Origin: Macrostomum lignano
Taxonomy: Eukaryota
Length of the DNA stretch: 64,000 bases
Assembly (NCBI GenBank): GCA_002269645.1
Contig: NIVC01001824.1
Location: 217,621 to 281,620 of the forward strand
Direction: 5' to 3'
The notes under the pieces are model-generated. The model was given only the letters and a program-made list of their open reading frames with translations, made no database searches and was not told the origin of the DNA. A program made the position numbers and the translations under genes. Position 1 is the stretch's first letter; each line of letters opens with the position of its first letter. Shown piece by piece: positions 19,788 to 34,828 of the stretch.

Positions 19788-22700
19788 AAGCCGGACCAAC
19801 TCAAGAAGAATCCTGACCTATGCTCACAGAAAAGCCTGACCAACTCAAGAAGAATCCTGACCTATGCTCACAGAAAAGCCGGACCAACTCAAGAAGAATA
19901 TCCTGACCTATGCTCACAGAAAAGCCTGACCAACTCAAGAAGAATCCTGACCTATGCTCACAGAAAAGCCTGACCAACTCAAGAAGAATCCTGACCTATG
20001 CTCACAGAAAAGCCGGACCAACTCAAGAAGAATATCCTGACCTATGCTCACAGAAAAGCCTGACCAACTCAAGAAGAATCCTGACCTATGCTCACAGAAA
20101 AGCCTGACCAACTCAAGAAGAATCCTGACCTATGCTCACAGAAAAGCCTGACCAACTCAAGAAGAATCCTGACCTATGCTCACAGAAAAGCCTGACCAAC
20201 TCAAGAAGAATCCTGACCTATGCTCACAGAAAAGCCTGACCAACTCAAGAAGAATCCTGACCTATGCTCACAGAAAAGCCTGACCAACTCAAGAAGAATC
20301 CTGACCTATGCTCACAGAAAAGCCGGACCAACTCAAGAAGAATCCTGACCTATGCTCACAGAAAAGCCGGACCAACTCAAGAAGAATCCTGACCTATGCT
20401 CACAGAAAAGCCGGACCAACTCAAGAAGAATCCTGACCTATGCTCACAGAAAAGCCTGACCAACTCAAGAAGAATCCTGACCTATGCTCACAGAAAAGCC
20501 TGACCAACTCAAGAAGAATCCTGACCTATGCTCACAGAAAAGCCTGACCAACTCAAGAAGAATCCTGACCTATGCTCACAGAAAAGCCTGACCAACTCAA
20601 GAAGAATCCTGACCTATGCTCACAGAAAAGCCTGACCAACTCAAGAAGAATCCTGACCTATGCTCACAGAAAAGCCGGACCAACTCAAGAAGAATATCCT
20701 GACCTATGCTCACAGAAAAGCCGGACCAACTCAAGAAGAATCCTGACCTATGCTCACAGAAAAGCCTGACCAACTCAAGAAGAATCCTGACCTATGCTCA
20801 CAGAAAAGCCTGACCAACTCAAGAAGAATCCTGACCTATGCTCACAGAAAAGCCTGACCAACTCAAGAAGAATCCTGACCTATGCTCACAGAAAAGCCGG
20901 ACCAACTCAAGAAGAATCCTGACCTATGCTCACAGAAAAGCCTGACCAACTCAAGAAGAATCCTGACCTATGCTCACAGAAAAGCCTGACCAACTCAAGA
21001 AGAATATCCTGACCTATGCTCACAGAAAAGCCTGACCAACTCAAGAAGAATATCCTGACCTATGCTCACAGAAAAGCCTGACCAACTCAAGAAGAATCCT
21101 GACCTATGCTCACAGAAAAGCCGGACCAACTCAAGAAGAATCCTGACCTATGCTCACAGAAAAGCCTGACCAACTCAAGAAGAATCCTGACCTATGCTCA
21201 CAGAAAAGCCGGACCAACTCAAGAAGAATCCTGACCTATGCTCACAGAAAAGCCTGACCAACTCAAGAAGAATCCTGACCTATGCTCACAGAAAAGCCGG
21301 ACCAACTCAAGAAGAATCCTGACCTATGCTCACAGAAAAGCCGGACCAACTCAAGAAGAATCCTGACCTATGCTCACAGAAAAGCCGGACCAACTCAAGA
21401 AGAATATCCTGACCTATGCTCACAGAAAAGCCTGACCAACTCAAGAAGAATCCTGACCTATGCTCACAGAAAAGCCGGACCAACTCAAGAAGAATCCTGA
21501 CCTATGCTCACAGAAAAGCCTGACCAACTCAAGAAGAATCCTGACCTATGCTCACAGAAAAGCCGGACCAACTCAAGAAGAATCCTGACCTATGCTCACA
21601 GAAAAGCCGGACCAACTCAAGAAGAATCCTGACCTATGCTCACAGAAAAGCCGGACCAACTCAAGAAGAATATCCTGACCTATGCTCACAGAAAAGCCGG
21701 ACCAACTCAAGAAGAATCCTGACCTATGCTCACAGAAAAGCCTGACCAACTCAAGAAGAATCCTGACCTATGCTCACAGAAAAGCCTGACCAACTCAAGA
21801 AGAATATCCTGACCTATGCTCACAGAAAAGCCTGACCAACTCAAGAAGAATATCCTGACCTATGCTCACAGAAAAGCCTGACCAACTCAAGAAGAATCCT
21901 GACCTATGCTCACAGAAAAGCCGGACCAACTCAAGAAGAATATCCTGACCTATGCTCACAGAAAAGCCTGACCAACTCAAGAAGAATATCCTGACCTATG
22001 CTCACAGAAAAGCCTGACCAACTCAAGAAGAATATCCTGACCTATGCTCACAGAAAAGCCTGACCAACTCAAGAAGAATCCTGACCTATGCTCACAGAAA
22101 AGCCTGACCAACTCAAGAAGAATCCTGACCTATGCTCACAGAAAAGCCTGACCAACTCAAGAAGAATATCCTGACCTATGCTCACAGAAAAGCCGGACCA
22201 ACTCAAGAAGAATATCCTGACCTATGCTCACAGAAAAGCCGGACCAACTCAAGAAGAATCCTGACCTATGCTCACAGAAAAGCCGGACCAACTCAAGAAG
22301 AATATCCTGACCTATGCTCACAGAAAAGCCGGACCAACTCAAGAAGAATCCTGACCTATGCTCACAGAAAAGCCTGACCAACTCAAGAAGAATCCTGACC
22401 TATGCTCACAGAAAAGCCTGACCAACTCAAGAAGAATATCCTGACCTATGCTCACAGAAAAGCCTGACCAACTCAAGAAGAATATCCTGACCTATGCTCA
22501 CAGAAAAGCCTGACCAACTCAAGAAGAATCCTGACCTATGCTCACAGAAAAGCCTGACCAACTCAAGAAGAATATCCTGACCTATGCTCACAGAAAAGCC
22601 TGACCAACTCAAGAAGAATATCCTGACCTATGCTCACAGAAAAGCCGGACCAACTCAAGAAGAATATCCTGACCTATGCTCACAGAAAAGCCGGACCAAC

Positions 22701-25700
22701 TCAAGAAGAATCCTGACCTATGCTCACAGAAAAGCCTGACCAACTCAAGAAGAATCCTGACCTATGCTCACAGAAAAGCCGGACCAACTCAAGAAGAATC
22801 CTGACCTATGCTCACAGAAAAGCCTGACCAACTCAAGAAGAATATCCTGACCTATGCTCACAGAAAAGCCTGACCAACTCAAGAAGAATCCTGACCTATG
22901 CTCACAGAAAAGCCGGACCAACTCAAGAAGAATATCCTGACCTATGCTCACAGAAAAGCCGGACCAACTCAAGAAGAATCCTGACCTATGCTCACAGAAA
23001 AGCCTGACCAACTCAAGAAGAATATCCTGACCTATGCTCACAGAAAAGCCTGACCAACTCAAGAAGAATCCTGACCTATGCTCACAGAAAAGCCTGACCA
23101 ACTCAAGAAGAATCCTGACCTATGCTCACAGAAAAGCCTGACCAACTCAAGAAGAATCCTGACCTATGCTCACAGAAAAGCCGGACCAACTCAAGAAGAA
23201 TATCCTGACCTATGCTCACAGAAAAGCCTGACCAACTCAAGAAGAATATCCTGACCTATGCTCACAGAAAAGCCTGACCAACTCAAGAAGAATATCCTGA
23301 CCTATGCTCACAGAAAAGCCTGACCAACTCAAGAAGAATCCTGACCTATGCTCACAGAAAAGCCTGACCAACTCAAGAAGAATCCTGACCTATGCTCACA
23401 GAAAAGCCGGACCAACTCAAGAAGAATATCCTGACCTATGCTCACAGAAAAGCCTGACCAACTCAAGAAGAATATCCTGACTATGCTCACAGAAAAGCCT
23501 GACCAACTCAAGAAGAATCCTGACCTATGCTCACAGAAAAGCCGGACCAACTCAAGAAGAATATCCTGACCTATGCTCACAGAAAAGCCTGACCAACTCA
23601 AGAAGAATATCCTGACCTATGCTCACAGAAAAGCCTGACCAACTCAAGAAGAATCCTGACCTATGCTCACAGAAAAGCCTGACCAACTCAAGAAGAATCC
23701 TGACCTATGCTCACAGAAAAGCCGGACCAACTCAAGAAGAATATCCTGACCTATGCTCACAGAAAAGCCTGACCAACTCAAGAAGAATCCTGACCTATGC
23801 TCACAGAAAAGCCGGACCAACTCAAGAAGAATCCTGACCTATGCTCACAGAAAAGCCGGACCAACTCAAGAAGAATATCCTGACCTATGCTCACAGAAAA
23901 GCCTGACCAACTCAAGAAGAATCCTGACCTATGCTCACAGAAAAGCCTGACCAACTCAAGAAGAATCCTGACCTATGCTCACAGAAAAGCCGGACCAACT
24001 CAAGAAGAATATCCTGACCAATGCTCACAGAAAAGCCTGACCAACTCAAGAAGAATATCCTGACCTATGCTCACAGAAAAGCCGGACCAACTCAAGAAGA
24101 ATCCTGACCAATGCTCACAGAAAAGCCTGACCAACTCAAGAAGAATCCTGACCTATGCTCACAGAAAAGCCTGACCAACTCAAGAAGAATCCTGACCTAT
24201 GCTCACAGAAAAGCCTGACCAACTCAAGAAGAATCCTGACCTATGCTCACAGAAAAGCCGGACCAACTCAAGAAGAATCCTGACCTATGCTCACAGAAAA
24301 GCCTGACCAACTCAAGAAGAATCCTGACCTATGCTCACAGAAAAGCCGGACCAACTCAAGAAGAATATCCTGACCTATGCTCACAGAAAAGCCTGACCAA
24401 CTCAAGAAGAATCCTGACCTATGCTCACAGAAAAGCCGGACCAACTCAAGAAGAATCCTGACCTATGCTCACAGAAAAGCCTGACCAACTCAAGAAGAAT
24501 CCTGACCTATGCTCACAGAAAAGCCGGACCAACTCAAGAAGAATCCTGACCTATGCTCACAGAAAAGCCTGACCAACTCAAGAAGAATCCTGACCTATGC
24601 TCACAGAAAAGCCGGACCAACTCAAGAAGAATCCTGACCTATGCTCACAGAAAAGCCTGACCAACTCAAGAAGAATCCTGACCTATGCTCACAGAAAAGC
24701 CGGACCAACTCAAGAAGAATCCTGACCTATGCTCACAGAAAAGCCTGACCAACTCAAGAAGAATCCTGACCTATGCTCACAGAAAAGCCGGACCAACTCA
24801 AGAAGAATCCTGACCTATGCTCACAGAAAAGCCTGACCAACTCAAGAAGAATATCCTGACCTATGCTCACAGAAAAGCCGGACCAACTCAAGAAGAATAT
24901 CCTGACCTATGCTCACAGAAAAGCCGACCAACTCAAGAAGAATCCTGACCTATGCTCACAGAAAAGCCTGACCAACTCAAGAAGAATCCTGACCTATGCT
25001 CACAGAAAAGCTGACCAACTCAAGAAGAATATCCTGACCTATGCTCACAGAAAAGCCTGACCAACTCAAGAAGAATATCCTGACCTATGCTCACAGAAAA
25101 GCCTGACCAACTCAAGAAGAATCCTGACCTATGCTCACAGAAAAGCCGGACCAACTCAAGAAGAATATCCTGACCTATGCTCACAGAAAAGCCTGACCAA
25201 CTCAAGAAGAATATCCTGACCTATGCTCACAGAAAAGCCTGACCAACTCAAGAAGAATATCCTGACCTATGCTCACAGAAAAGCCGGACCAACTCAAGAA
25301 GAATATCCTGACCTATGCTCACAGAAAAGCCGGACCAACTCAAGAAGAATATCCTGACCTATGCTCACAGAAAAGCCGGACCAACTCAAGAAGAATATCC
25401 TGACCTATGCTCACAGAAAAGCCTGACCAACTCAAGAAGAATATCCTGACCTATGCTCACAGAAAAGCCTGACCAACTCAAGAAGAACATCCTGACCTAT
25501 GCTCACAGAAAAGCCGGACCAACTCAAGAAGAATATCCTGACCTATGCTCACAGAAAAGCCGGACCAACTCAAGAAGAATATCCTGACCTATGCTCACAG
25601 AAAAGCCGGACCAACTCAAGAAGAATATCCTGACCTATGCTCACAGAAAAGCCGGACCAACTCAAGAAGAATATCCTGACCTATGCTCACAGAAAAGCCG

Positions 25701-26116
25701 GACCAACTCAAGAAGAATATCCTGACCTATGCTCACAGAAAAGCCTGACCAACTCAAGAAGAATATCCTGACCTATGCTCACAGAAAAGCCGGACCAACT
25801 CAAGAAGAATATCCTGACCTATGCTCACAGAAAAGCCGGACCAACTCAAGAAGAATCCTGACCTATGCTCACAGAAAAGCCGGACCAACTCAAGAAGAAT
25901 ATCCTGACCTATGCTCACAGAAAAGCCTGACCAACTCAAGAAGAATATCCTGACCTATGCTCACAGAAAAGCCTGACCAACTCAAGAAGAATCCTGACCT
26001 ATGCTCACAGAAAAGCCGGACCAACTCAAGAAGAATATCCTGACCTATGCTCACAGAAAAGCCTGACCAACTCAAGAAGAATATCCTGACCTATGCTCAC
26101 AGAAAAGCCTGACCAA
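19788..26116. repeat. About 6.3-kb satellite of 44-bp and 46-bp units (CTGACCTATGCTCACAGAAAAGCCKGACCAACTCAAGAAGAAT[AT]C), roughly 140 copies
   Basis: Period 44 measured directly (AGCCTG at 20101 and 20145). There are no spacers. Confidence 0.98.
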
Positions 26117-26889
26117 ATTTACAAGAAGACCTGCTGAAAAAATCTATGAGACACCTGACAATGCTGGAAACCATAGCAACTACGAGGCCGTATATTACCG
26201 AACAAAGAGATGATCAAATCAGATCGCACATCAAATGTAACAGCCTGAACCTCATCTGTCCAATATTCAATAGACAGTCCCAAACAAGCAGGTGACAACT
26301 GCTTTTCCGCATCTCTCCCTCAGCCTCGGCTGCAACTTCCTTCAAGTCGTCTCATCTGAAGATGCTGGGAGCGTCGGCGGCAAAAAATGCGAAAGACAGA
26401 AAAAATGCGATGAGGAAAACAGGCAGAAAAAACTGTCTATCTGCTTAGCAGCCGGGCACAGCCAAGCAGCCCCCCGTCCAGGTAGAAAGCAACCTTTTTG
26501 CTAATTAATGCCCCAAGGGAAGATATTAGAAACCCTGTATAAAGCCTCCCTGTTAGTTTGCAGTTTGTGAAAAGAAATTCAAAAGACGAGAAAAAACTGC
26601 AAACTGCGCGGAGAGATGCGGCGGGGCAGTTGCTACCGGGATGTCAGCGGTATAGTGTCTATTGGTGCAGTAAATCCCAGGTAGGAATTCTCGATCGCTG
26701 CTTGCGTCCATGGGGCGTCCGTCTTTCTATGTTCGGCGCGAGTCTTGGAACAAGCAAGCAGTTTTGGGGTCATTGCGCGTCAGTTGTCACATCGAATGTC
26801 GCATTGAATTAACCTTTTTGGTAGATTCGTTTCCTAGTCTATATTTGGCCTATTTACATGTGTGCGCGTATCAGGATATTGGTAGACTG

Positions 26890-27628
26890 AAGTGAATGTG
26901 AACACAGTGAGGTGTATGTGAACACAGTGAGGTGTATGTGAACACAGTGAGGTGTATGTGAACACACTGAGGTGAATGTGAACACACTGAGGTGATAATG
27001 AACACACTGAGGTGAATGTGAACACACTAAGGTGAATGTGAACATACTGAGGTGAATGTCAACACACTAAGGTGAATGTGAACACACTGAGGTGAATGTG
27101 AACACACTAAGGTGAATGTGAACACAGTGAGGTAAATGTGAACAGATTGAGGTGAATTTGAACAGATTGAGGTGTTATTTGAACTGATTGAGGTGTATGT
27201 GAACAAACTGAGGTGAATGTGAACACACTGAGGTGAATGTGAACAGATTGAGGTGAATGTGAACAGATTGAGGTGCTATTTGAACTGATTGAGGTGAATG
27301 TGAACACACTGAGGTGAATGTGAACACACTGAGGTGAATGTAAACACACTAAGGTGAATGTAAACACACTGAGGTGAATGTGAACACACTGAGGTGAATG
27401 TAAACACACTAAGGTGAATGTGAACACACTGAGGTGAATGTGAACACACTGAGGTGAATGTGAACACACTGAGGTGAATGTGAACACACTGAGTGAATGT
27501 GAACACACTGAGGTGAGCGTGAACACACTGAAGTGAATGTGAACAGATTAAGGTGAATGTGAACAGATTAAGGTGAATGTGAACACACTGAGGTGAATGT
27601 GAACACACTGAGGTGAGCGTGAACAGAC
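26890..27628. repeat. 20-bp minisatellite (GAGGTGAATGTGAACACACT)
   Basis: Tandem units. Confidence 0.95.
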
Positions 27629-28448
27629 GTACTAATAGAAGTCAACTGCGTATCTCATAAGATGTTGATTCATGCATCGATACCTAAGATGTGTTTCAGG
27701 CAGACTCACATGCATAATATAATTTTAGTTTGCCCGCATATTAAGCTTGTAGTAATGAAGTGTTTCAGCTAAAAGCAGAAATTTTAGCCACAGATGAGGC
27801 AGTCCATACGAGCTAGAAGCAACAAACTGCTACTCATGCTTTCAAAGTTGTACCGACTGCGTGAAGTCTGCAGGGAGAGTGGCTTCACATCTCCCGGGAG
27901 CTGCAGTTAGAAGATCCCAGCTTCTATTCCTCTTCATCTCTCTGTCTCTCCTTTCCCTTTCTTGCTGCCCTAATTTGCCACTTAACTCAATTTTCAGCTA
28001 TAGAGGCCCAGATGAACCGGACCATTGGAATTTGGATGGCGGTGAAAGCGGAGCAGAGCATGAGGGCTGCATGGACACCAAGCCCTTGCGAGCTCGGAAT
28101 TAGGGAAGTCCGTCATTGGATTTCCATGAAAATAATTAAGCGCTCTATAGGCGACTCTGCAGAGATGAGCTAAACTTTTCGACTAAAGAGCTAACTCAGT
28201 TTTTTGGGTCTTGATGTATTCGGCTCTGCTCAGCTCAAGTCGTTTCATTGCACACACTCGGCTTTCCTCTTTGGTTCTCCTGTTTGAGTCTTTCTGACTG
28301 CTCTATCTGACGCTTCCTTTGATAGAAATGGCTTGGCCTATTGAAACAGTCTGCAGAAACTGTCTATACAGAACCAGTCTTACAGATATAGTCTACAGAG
28401 ACAGTCCACAGAAACAGTCTACAGACAGAAACAGACAGAAACAGTCTC

Positions 28449-29054
<606 letters not shown>

Positions 29055-29103
29055 GCTACAGATATAGTCTACTGAAACAGTCTACAGATAGTCTACAGAT
29101 ATA

Positions 29104-29219
29104 GGGGTCGTACTATAAAGCTGTCGTAGCGTAAGTTCGATCGTACGTCAGAACTTTTACACTGCGGAGATAGGAGCTAAGATCGATCTTATCTTACGAT
29201 GGCTTTATAGAACGGGCCC
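29104..29219. mobile_element. 116-bp MITE with long imperfect TIRs and a 3-bp TSD (ATA), Harbinger-like
   Basis: GGGGTCGTACTATAAAGC versus the reverse complement of GCTTTATAGAACGGGCCC matches 15/18, and the inverted repeat continues inward to about 40 bp. ATA lies at 29101-29103 and 29220-29222, interrupting the 13-bp array. Confidence 0.7.
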
Positions 29220-30009
29220 ATAGTCTACAGAAACAGTCTACAGAAACAGTCTACAGATAGTCTACAGATATAGTCTACAGAAACAGTCTACAGAAACAGT
29301 CTACAGAAACAGTCTACAGAAACAGTCTACAGACAGAAACAGTCTACAGAAACAGTCTACAGAAACAGTCTACAGATAGTCTACAGATATAGTCTACAGA
29401 AACAGTCTACAGAAGCAGTCTACAGAAACAGTCTACAGACAGAAACAATCGTTAGAGACACGGGGCTTACAAAGGCTTGAAAATTTGCAAAAATCCTTCA
29501 TTTACAGTCCTACAGTCTACATAACCGAAGGCAATGCTCGAGCAATGCTCAAAAAAAGTGCTCAGAAATTTACTACACAGTTAGGTTAGGATTGCAATAC
29601 GACCATTTTTTTCTAGCTTTGTCAATCATTTACCCCCAACCCCCCCCCCCTATAGGATTTTCAACAGTGGAATATGATTTTTGGCAGTCACCACCTGTTA
29701 GGGACAGGGGGACTTCAGCGCGTTTGTGACGGACCGCCTGAAACAGCTAATACGGCGCCATTTTGTGGCTGAACAGACGCATGGAGCCAAGGACCGCTAA
29801 ACACTATGCAGCTAGCAGTCCTTGCGCACGGGAGTTGGGCGTCCCCGACTTGGCATTGGAAAAAAACGAGACAGGCGTGATTTGGCTGCGGCTTGTCTGG
29901 GAATCCTATAGCCGACTGGCTTATTATTTGAAAATGCCTAATTAGGAGTCTAAAATCCTTATCCTGGCAGACAGACTGATAGGCAGACAGGGGCGCCGGC
30001 TGGAATGCA

Positions 30010-30710
<701 letters not shown>

Positions 30711-31729
30711 GTACGCACGAACAGGTAGACTGCTAGCGACACCAATCCGGAAAAATTAAAAAAATCCCAAACTTTGGCAAATCAAAATATTTCCCGTCCT
30801 GCAGGTTTTATCAGCAGGGAGATCAAAGAAATCAAAAGGGAAGGCTCACCACCTGCCGGAATCGGCTAAAATCAAAGCAAAGAAACTCCAACTCACCGCT
30901 AATTGAATCAAGTAGCAACATCAGCTCAGCAGGTGTGTCGGAGCTCAATTATTTGCTAGCAACTTTCCGCCGGGGTTTAAAGCGAATTTAATATTTCTGT
31001 TTGACTTCTTAAAATAAAGCGAGGAGGGTTATCACAGGATCAGGGGGAAGGGGGTTATTCTCGCTTTCAGTCTCTCCACTTCCGCGTTGCTTTTCCCCGC
31101 TTTTAAAAAAGAGTCGAATTTGAGCTTCGATAAGAGGCTTCCTGCGCTTTCGAAGAGACCTTCTAAGTAAAACACTGTAAGTACGCTGCCTGAGAAGGAA
31201 TTATAGGGTATGTTGTTGGGGAAGGATGGATGGCCGGCGGGTTGATAAAATAAATCCTAAAAAAGCCACTTGCACGGCTGCAGAGGGGAGGGGGGGCTCT
31301 GAGAGCCAATGGCATCGCACGGTCGCACCGACTGAACTACCCGCCAACCCCAGTTTTTTCTCCGGCCCAAAATTGACTTTCAGGAGGGACCGGCAAATGT
31401 GCGCAAGCCCCTATCATAAGCTGCTGAAGGAGGAGAAGGGCTTTAAGATCTTCTCATCTCCTCTATCCTCCCAAAATCAGTGGGAGCTCAAAAATTTCGT
31501 CTGCCGAATAATGATCAAAAGCGCCTAGGCTTTTCTGAAGGGGTTTTATTAGCTTCAAAATACTCTCTGGGATTATAGAAGAGAGTGTGTGTGCGTCAAG
31601 AGACTAAATACTATGTAAATATAGGTTTTCACATTGATCTAAATTTTTTGTATGATACAAATCGACATTTACAACAGATAAAGATTTACCAAGAGAATCC
31701 TGTCCACCAAATACACTGTGTACCAAAGA

Positions 31730-33012
31730 CACAGAGCAGACACCCTGAAGGCCCTCAGAGAGGAAGGGGCAGACACCCTTAAGGACCTCAGAGAGGGAAG
31801 GGGCAGAAACCCTGAAGGCCCTCACAGGGGAAGGGGCAGACACCCTGAAGGCCCTCACAGGGGGAAGGGGCAGACACGCTGAAGGCCCTCAGAGGGGAAG
31901 GGGCAGACACCCTGAAGGCCCTCAGAGGGGAGGGGCAGACACCCTGAAGGCCCTCAGAGGGAAGGGGCAGACACCCTCCTCAGAGGGGAAGGGGCAGAAC
32001 CCTGAAGGCCCTCACAGGGAAGGGGCAGACACCCTAAGGCCTCAGAGGGGAAGGGCAGACACCCTGAAGGCCCTCAGAGGGGAAGGGGCAGACACCCTGA
32101 AGGCCCTCACAGGGGAAGGGGCAGACACCCTGAAGGCCCTCAGAGGGGAAGGGGCAGACACCCTGAAGGCCCTCAGAGGGGAAGGGGCAGACACCCTGAA
32201 GGCCCTCAGAGGGGAAGGGGCAGACACCCTGAAGGCCCTCAGAGGGGAGGGGCAGACACCCTGAAGGCCCTCAGAGGGGAAGGGGCAGACACGCTGAAGG
32301 CCCTCAGAGGGAAGGGGCAGACACCCTGAAGGCCCTCAGAGGGGAGGGGCAGACACGCTGAAGGCCCTCAGAGGGGAAGGGGCAGACACCCTGAAGGCCC
32401 TCAGAGGGAGGGGCAGACACCCTGAAGGCCCTCAGAGGGGAGGGGCAGACACCTGAAGGCCCTCAGAGGGGAAGGGGCAGACACCTGAAGGCCCTCAGAG
32501 GGGAAGGGGCAGACACCCTGAAGGCCCTCAGAGGGGGAGGGGCAGACACCTGAAGGCCCTCAGAGGGGAAGGGGCAGACACCTGAAGGCCCTCAGAGGGG
32601 AAGGGGCAGACACCCTGAAGGCCTCAGAGGGGGAAGGGGCAGACACCCTGAAGGCCCTCAGAGGGGAAGGGGCAGACACGCCTGAAGGCCCTCAGAGGGG
32701 AAGGGGCAGACACCCTGAAGGCCCTCAGAGGGGGAGGGGCAGACACGCTGAAGGCCCTCAGAGGGGAAGGGGCAGACACCCTGAAGGCCCTCAGAGGGGA
32801 GGGGCAGACACCCTGAAGGCCCTCAGAGGGGGAGGGGCAGACACCTGAAGGCCCTCAGAGGGGAAGGGGCAGACACCTGAAGGCCCTCAGAGGGGAAGGG
32901 GCAGACACCCTGAAGGCCCTCAGAGGGGAGGGGCAGACACGCTGAAGGCCCTCAGAGGGGAAGGGGCAGACACCCTGAAGGCCCTCAGAGGGGGAGGGGC
33001 AGACACCTGAAG
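31730..33012. repeat. 33-bp G-rich minisatellite (GACACCCTGAAGGCCCTCAGAGGGGAAGGGGCA)
   Basis: Tandem units with frequent one-base indels in the G and C runs. Confidence 0.95.
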
Positions 33013-33757
33013 GACCAGCGGTTAACAGCGGAACAAGAAGCGAGTCCCTGTGCACCAATATGTATCATCAGTCCTAGCAATCACGCATCTTGCCTGACTA
33101 AGGCTGCCTCACTAGCGCGCACGCAATGCAATGCAAAAAAGCAAACGAATGAACCAACGAATACAAACGAAGCAGATTCGTAATCTAATAAACAGGAATT
33201 TTGTTGAAAGACGAAATCCTGACGAAGCCTGTCGGTCTCCCAGACTGTAGCAATATTATTCAGTAGCTGCGCATAGGATGTTATATATTTGAGTCTTAGC
33301 TTGACTCAAGAATTATGCAAATAACTTCAACCCCCTGCCCTCCCTCCCCGCCTCACGATCGTCTCGATTTATCGCTCCTGATAACACTGCAGCCATGTGC
33401 GTGAGTCCCTTTCGAGACCTCTTTGCCGCGTCACCTTGGCTGACCTCTGTCACAAGACTATATTCTCGTATTGAGATGGGAATGTGATTTCGAATTCAAT
33501 AGTGAAATTTTCATTTTTCGCAAAGGCTTAACTACATGTAGAAACAGCTTGAAAGGTAAGATAAAGGTAGGCTTGATTAGCAACTGCTTTTGTTCCTTCT
33601 TTGTGTAAGGCGCTTCGGTTCATCCCGAGGGAAATCTGAGATTGACTGATTGATCTATTATGAAATATAGAAATATGCTTCTGCCTGACGCTGCTGGGCC
33701 CTTTCTTTTAGAGAGGGGGGAGCGGCTGAGGGGGGACACGCGTCCTACTCTCACGCC

Positions 33758-33955
33758 AAGGACCTCGGGTTCTTCATCTAAGGCTCGAGTCAAGGACCTC
33801 GGGTTCTTCATCTAAGGCTCGAGTCAAGGACCTCGGGTTCTTCATCTAAGGCTCGAGTCAAGGACCTCGGGTTCTTCATCTAAGGCTCGAGTCAAGGACC
33901 TCGGGTTCTTCATCTAAGGCTCGAGCCAAGGACCTCGGGTTCTTCATCTAAGGCT
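33758..33955. repeat. 34-bp tandem repeat, about 5.8 near-identical copies (AAGGACCTCGGGTTCTTCATCTAAGGCTCGAGTC)
   Basis: Seen directly. Confidence 0.95.
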
Positions 33956-34828
33956 TTAATTTGTACAAAGTGGGTTTAATTTTGTATTAAATTTGCGCTC
34001 AAGCTACTTAAAATAGGTAGAGGCACGAAGCTTTTTAGACGGAAACTAATTAAAGAGGATGCGAACTTGAGAGTCCCGATTTCTCTACGCCAGTCCCTTC
34101 TCTACGGTGATTTGATACCGATGTTTTGATACACGATCGTGGATATTTCGGTTGTCTTACTCGTACCGTACTGTTCCTTTGTTACGAGTTGGTTACTACT
34201 CCGTATCAGCTGCCCCATCCACTGAAAAGACAACCAGTCCTAAAACGCCCAAAAGAAACAGCCATTAAACATCGGATTCTCCGGGATGAATTACGTGTAC
34301 CATCGCTTGTAGAGGCGATACACGTACACGTATTTCCAGCTCGAATTCGGACAGAAACTTTAACAGATCAGCGTGCCTAAATTACGTCAAGTCGACAAAA
34401 ATTTAAGCAATTGCCAAACATTCGTTGATGTCTTGCATTCGTTTGAAATAAACAAAAAGTGCACGAAATTGTTAGTACGATAAGTCAGTCAATAGCTTGA
34501 CATGGAAAACAAGTCGCTTGCAGACTCAATACGATCGAATGAAATTGAAAGCGTCTATGGCCATAGCGTGCCCTTCCGCTCGGCTCAGTATCTTAAAAGT
34601 GCATGCAGCAGACTAAAGAGTAGTCTAGGGCAGTAAATCTGGACCTGTATTAAAAAATGCAAGTTAAGAACAGATGCCCCCAAGAAGGAGAGAAGTAGAA
34701 TCAGTCAAGGACGAGCGAGCAGCAATACTCAGCCGAGCAACAAGAGCAGAGCAGCCGCAGCCCGCAGCAACAAGAGCGCTACTTCATTCGCAACCAAGTG
34801 TTCGAGTTCTAAGTTGCAACAACAGAAG

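Noticed and set aside
19758-26075. Many short ORFs (MLTEKPDQLKKN.., MSWSGFSV..)
   Set aside because: These are translations of the 44/46-bp satellite. The unit length is not a multiple of 3.
19788-26116. CRISPR-like array (44-bp repeats)
   Set aside because: The units are head-to-tail with no unique spacers, there are no cas genes, and the context is eukaryotic.
33758-33955. CRISPR-like 34-bp direct repeats
   Set aside because: The copies are contiguous with no spacers.
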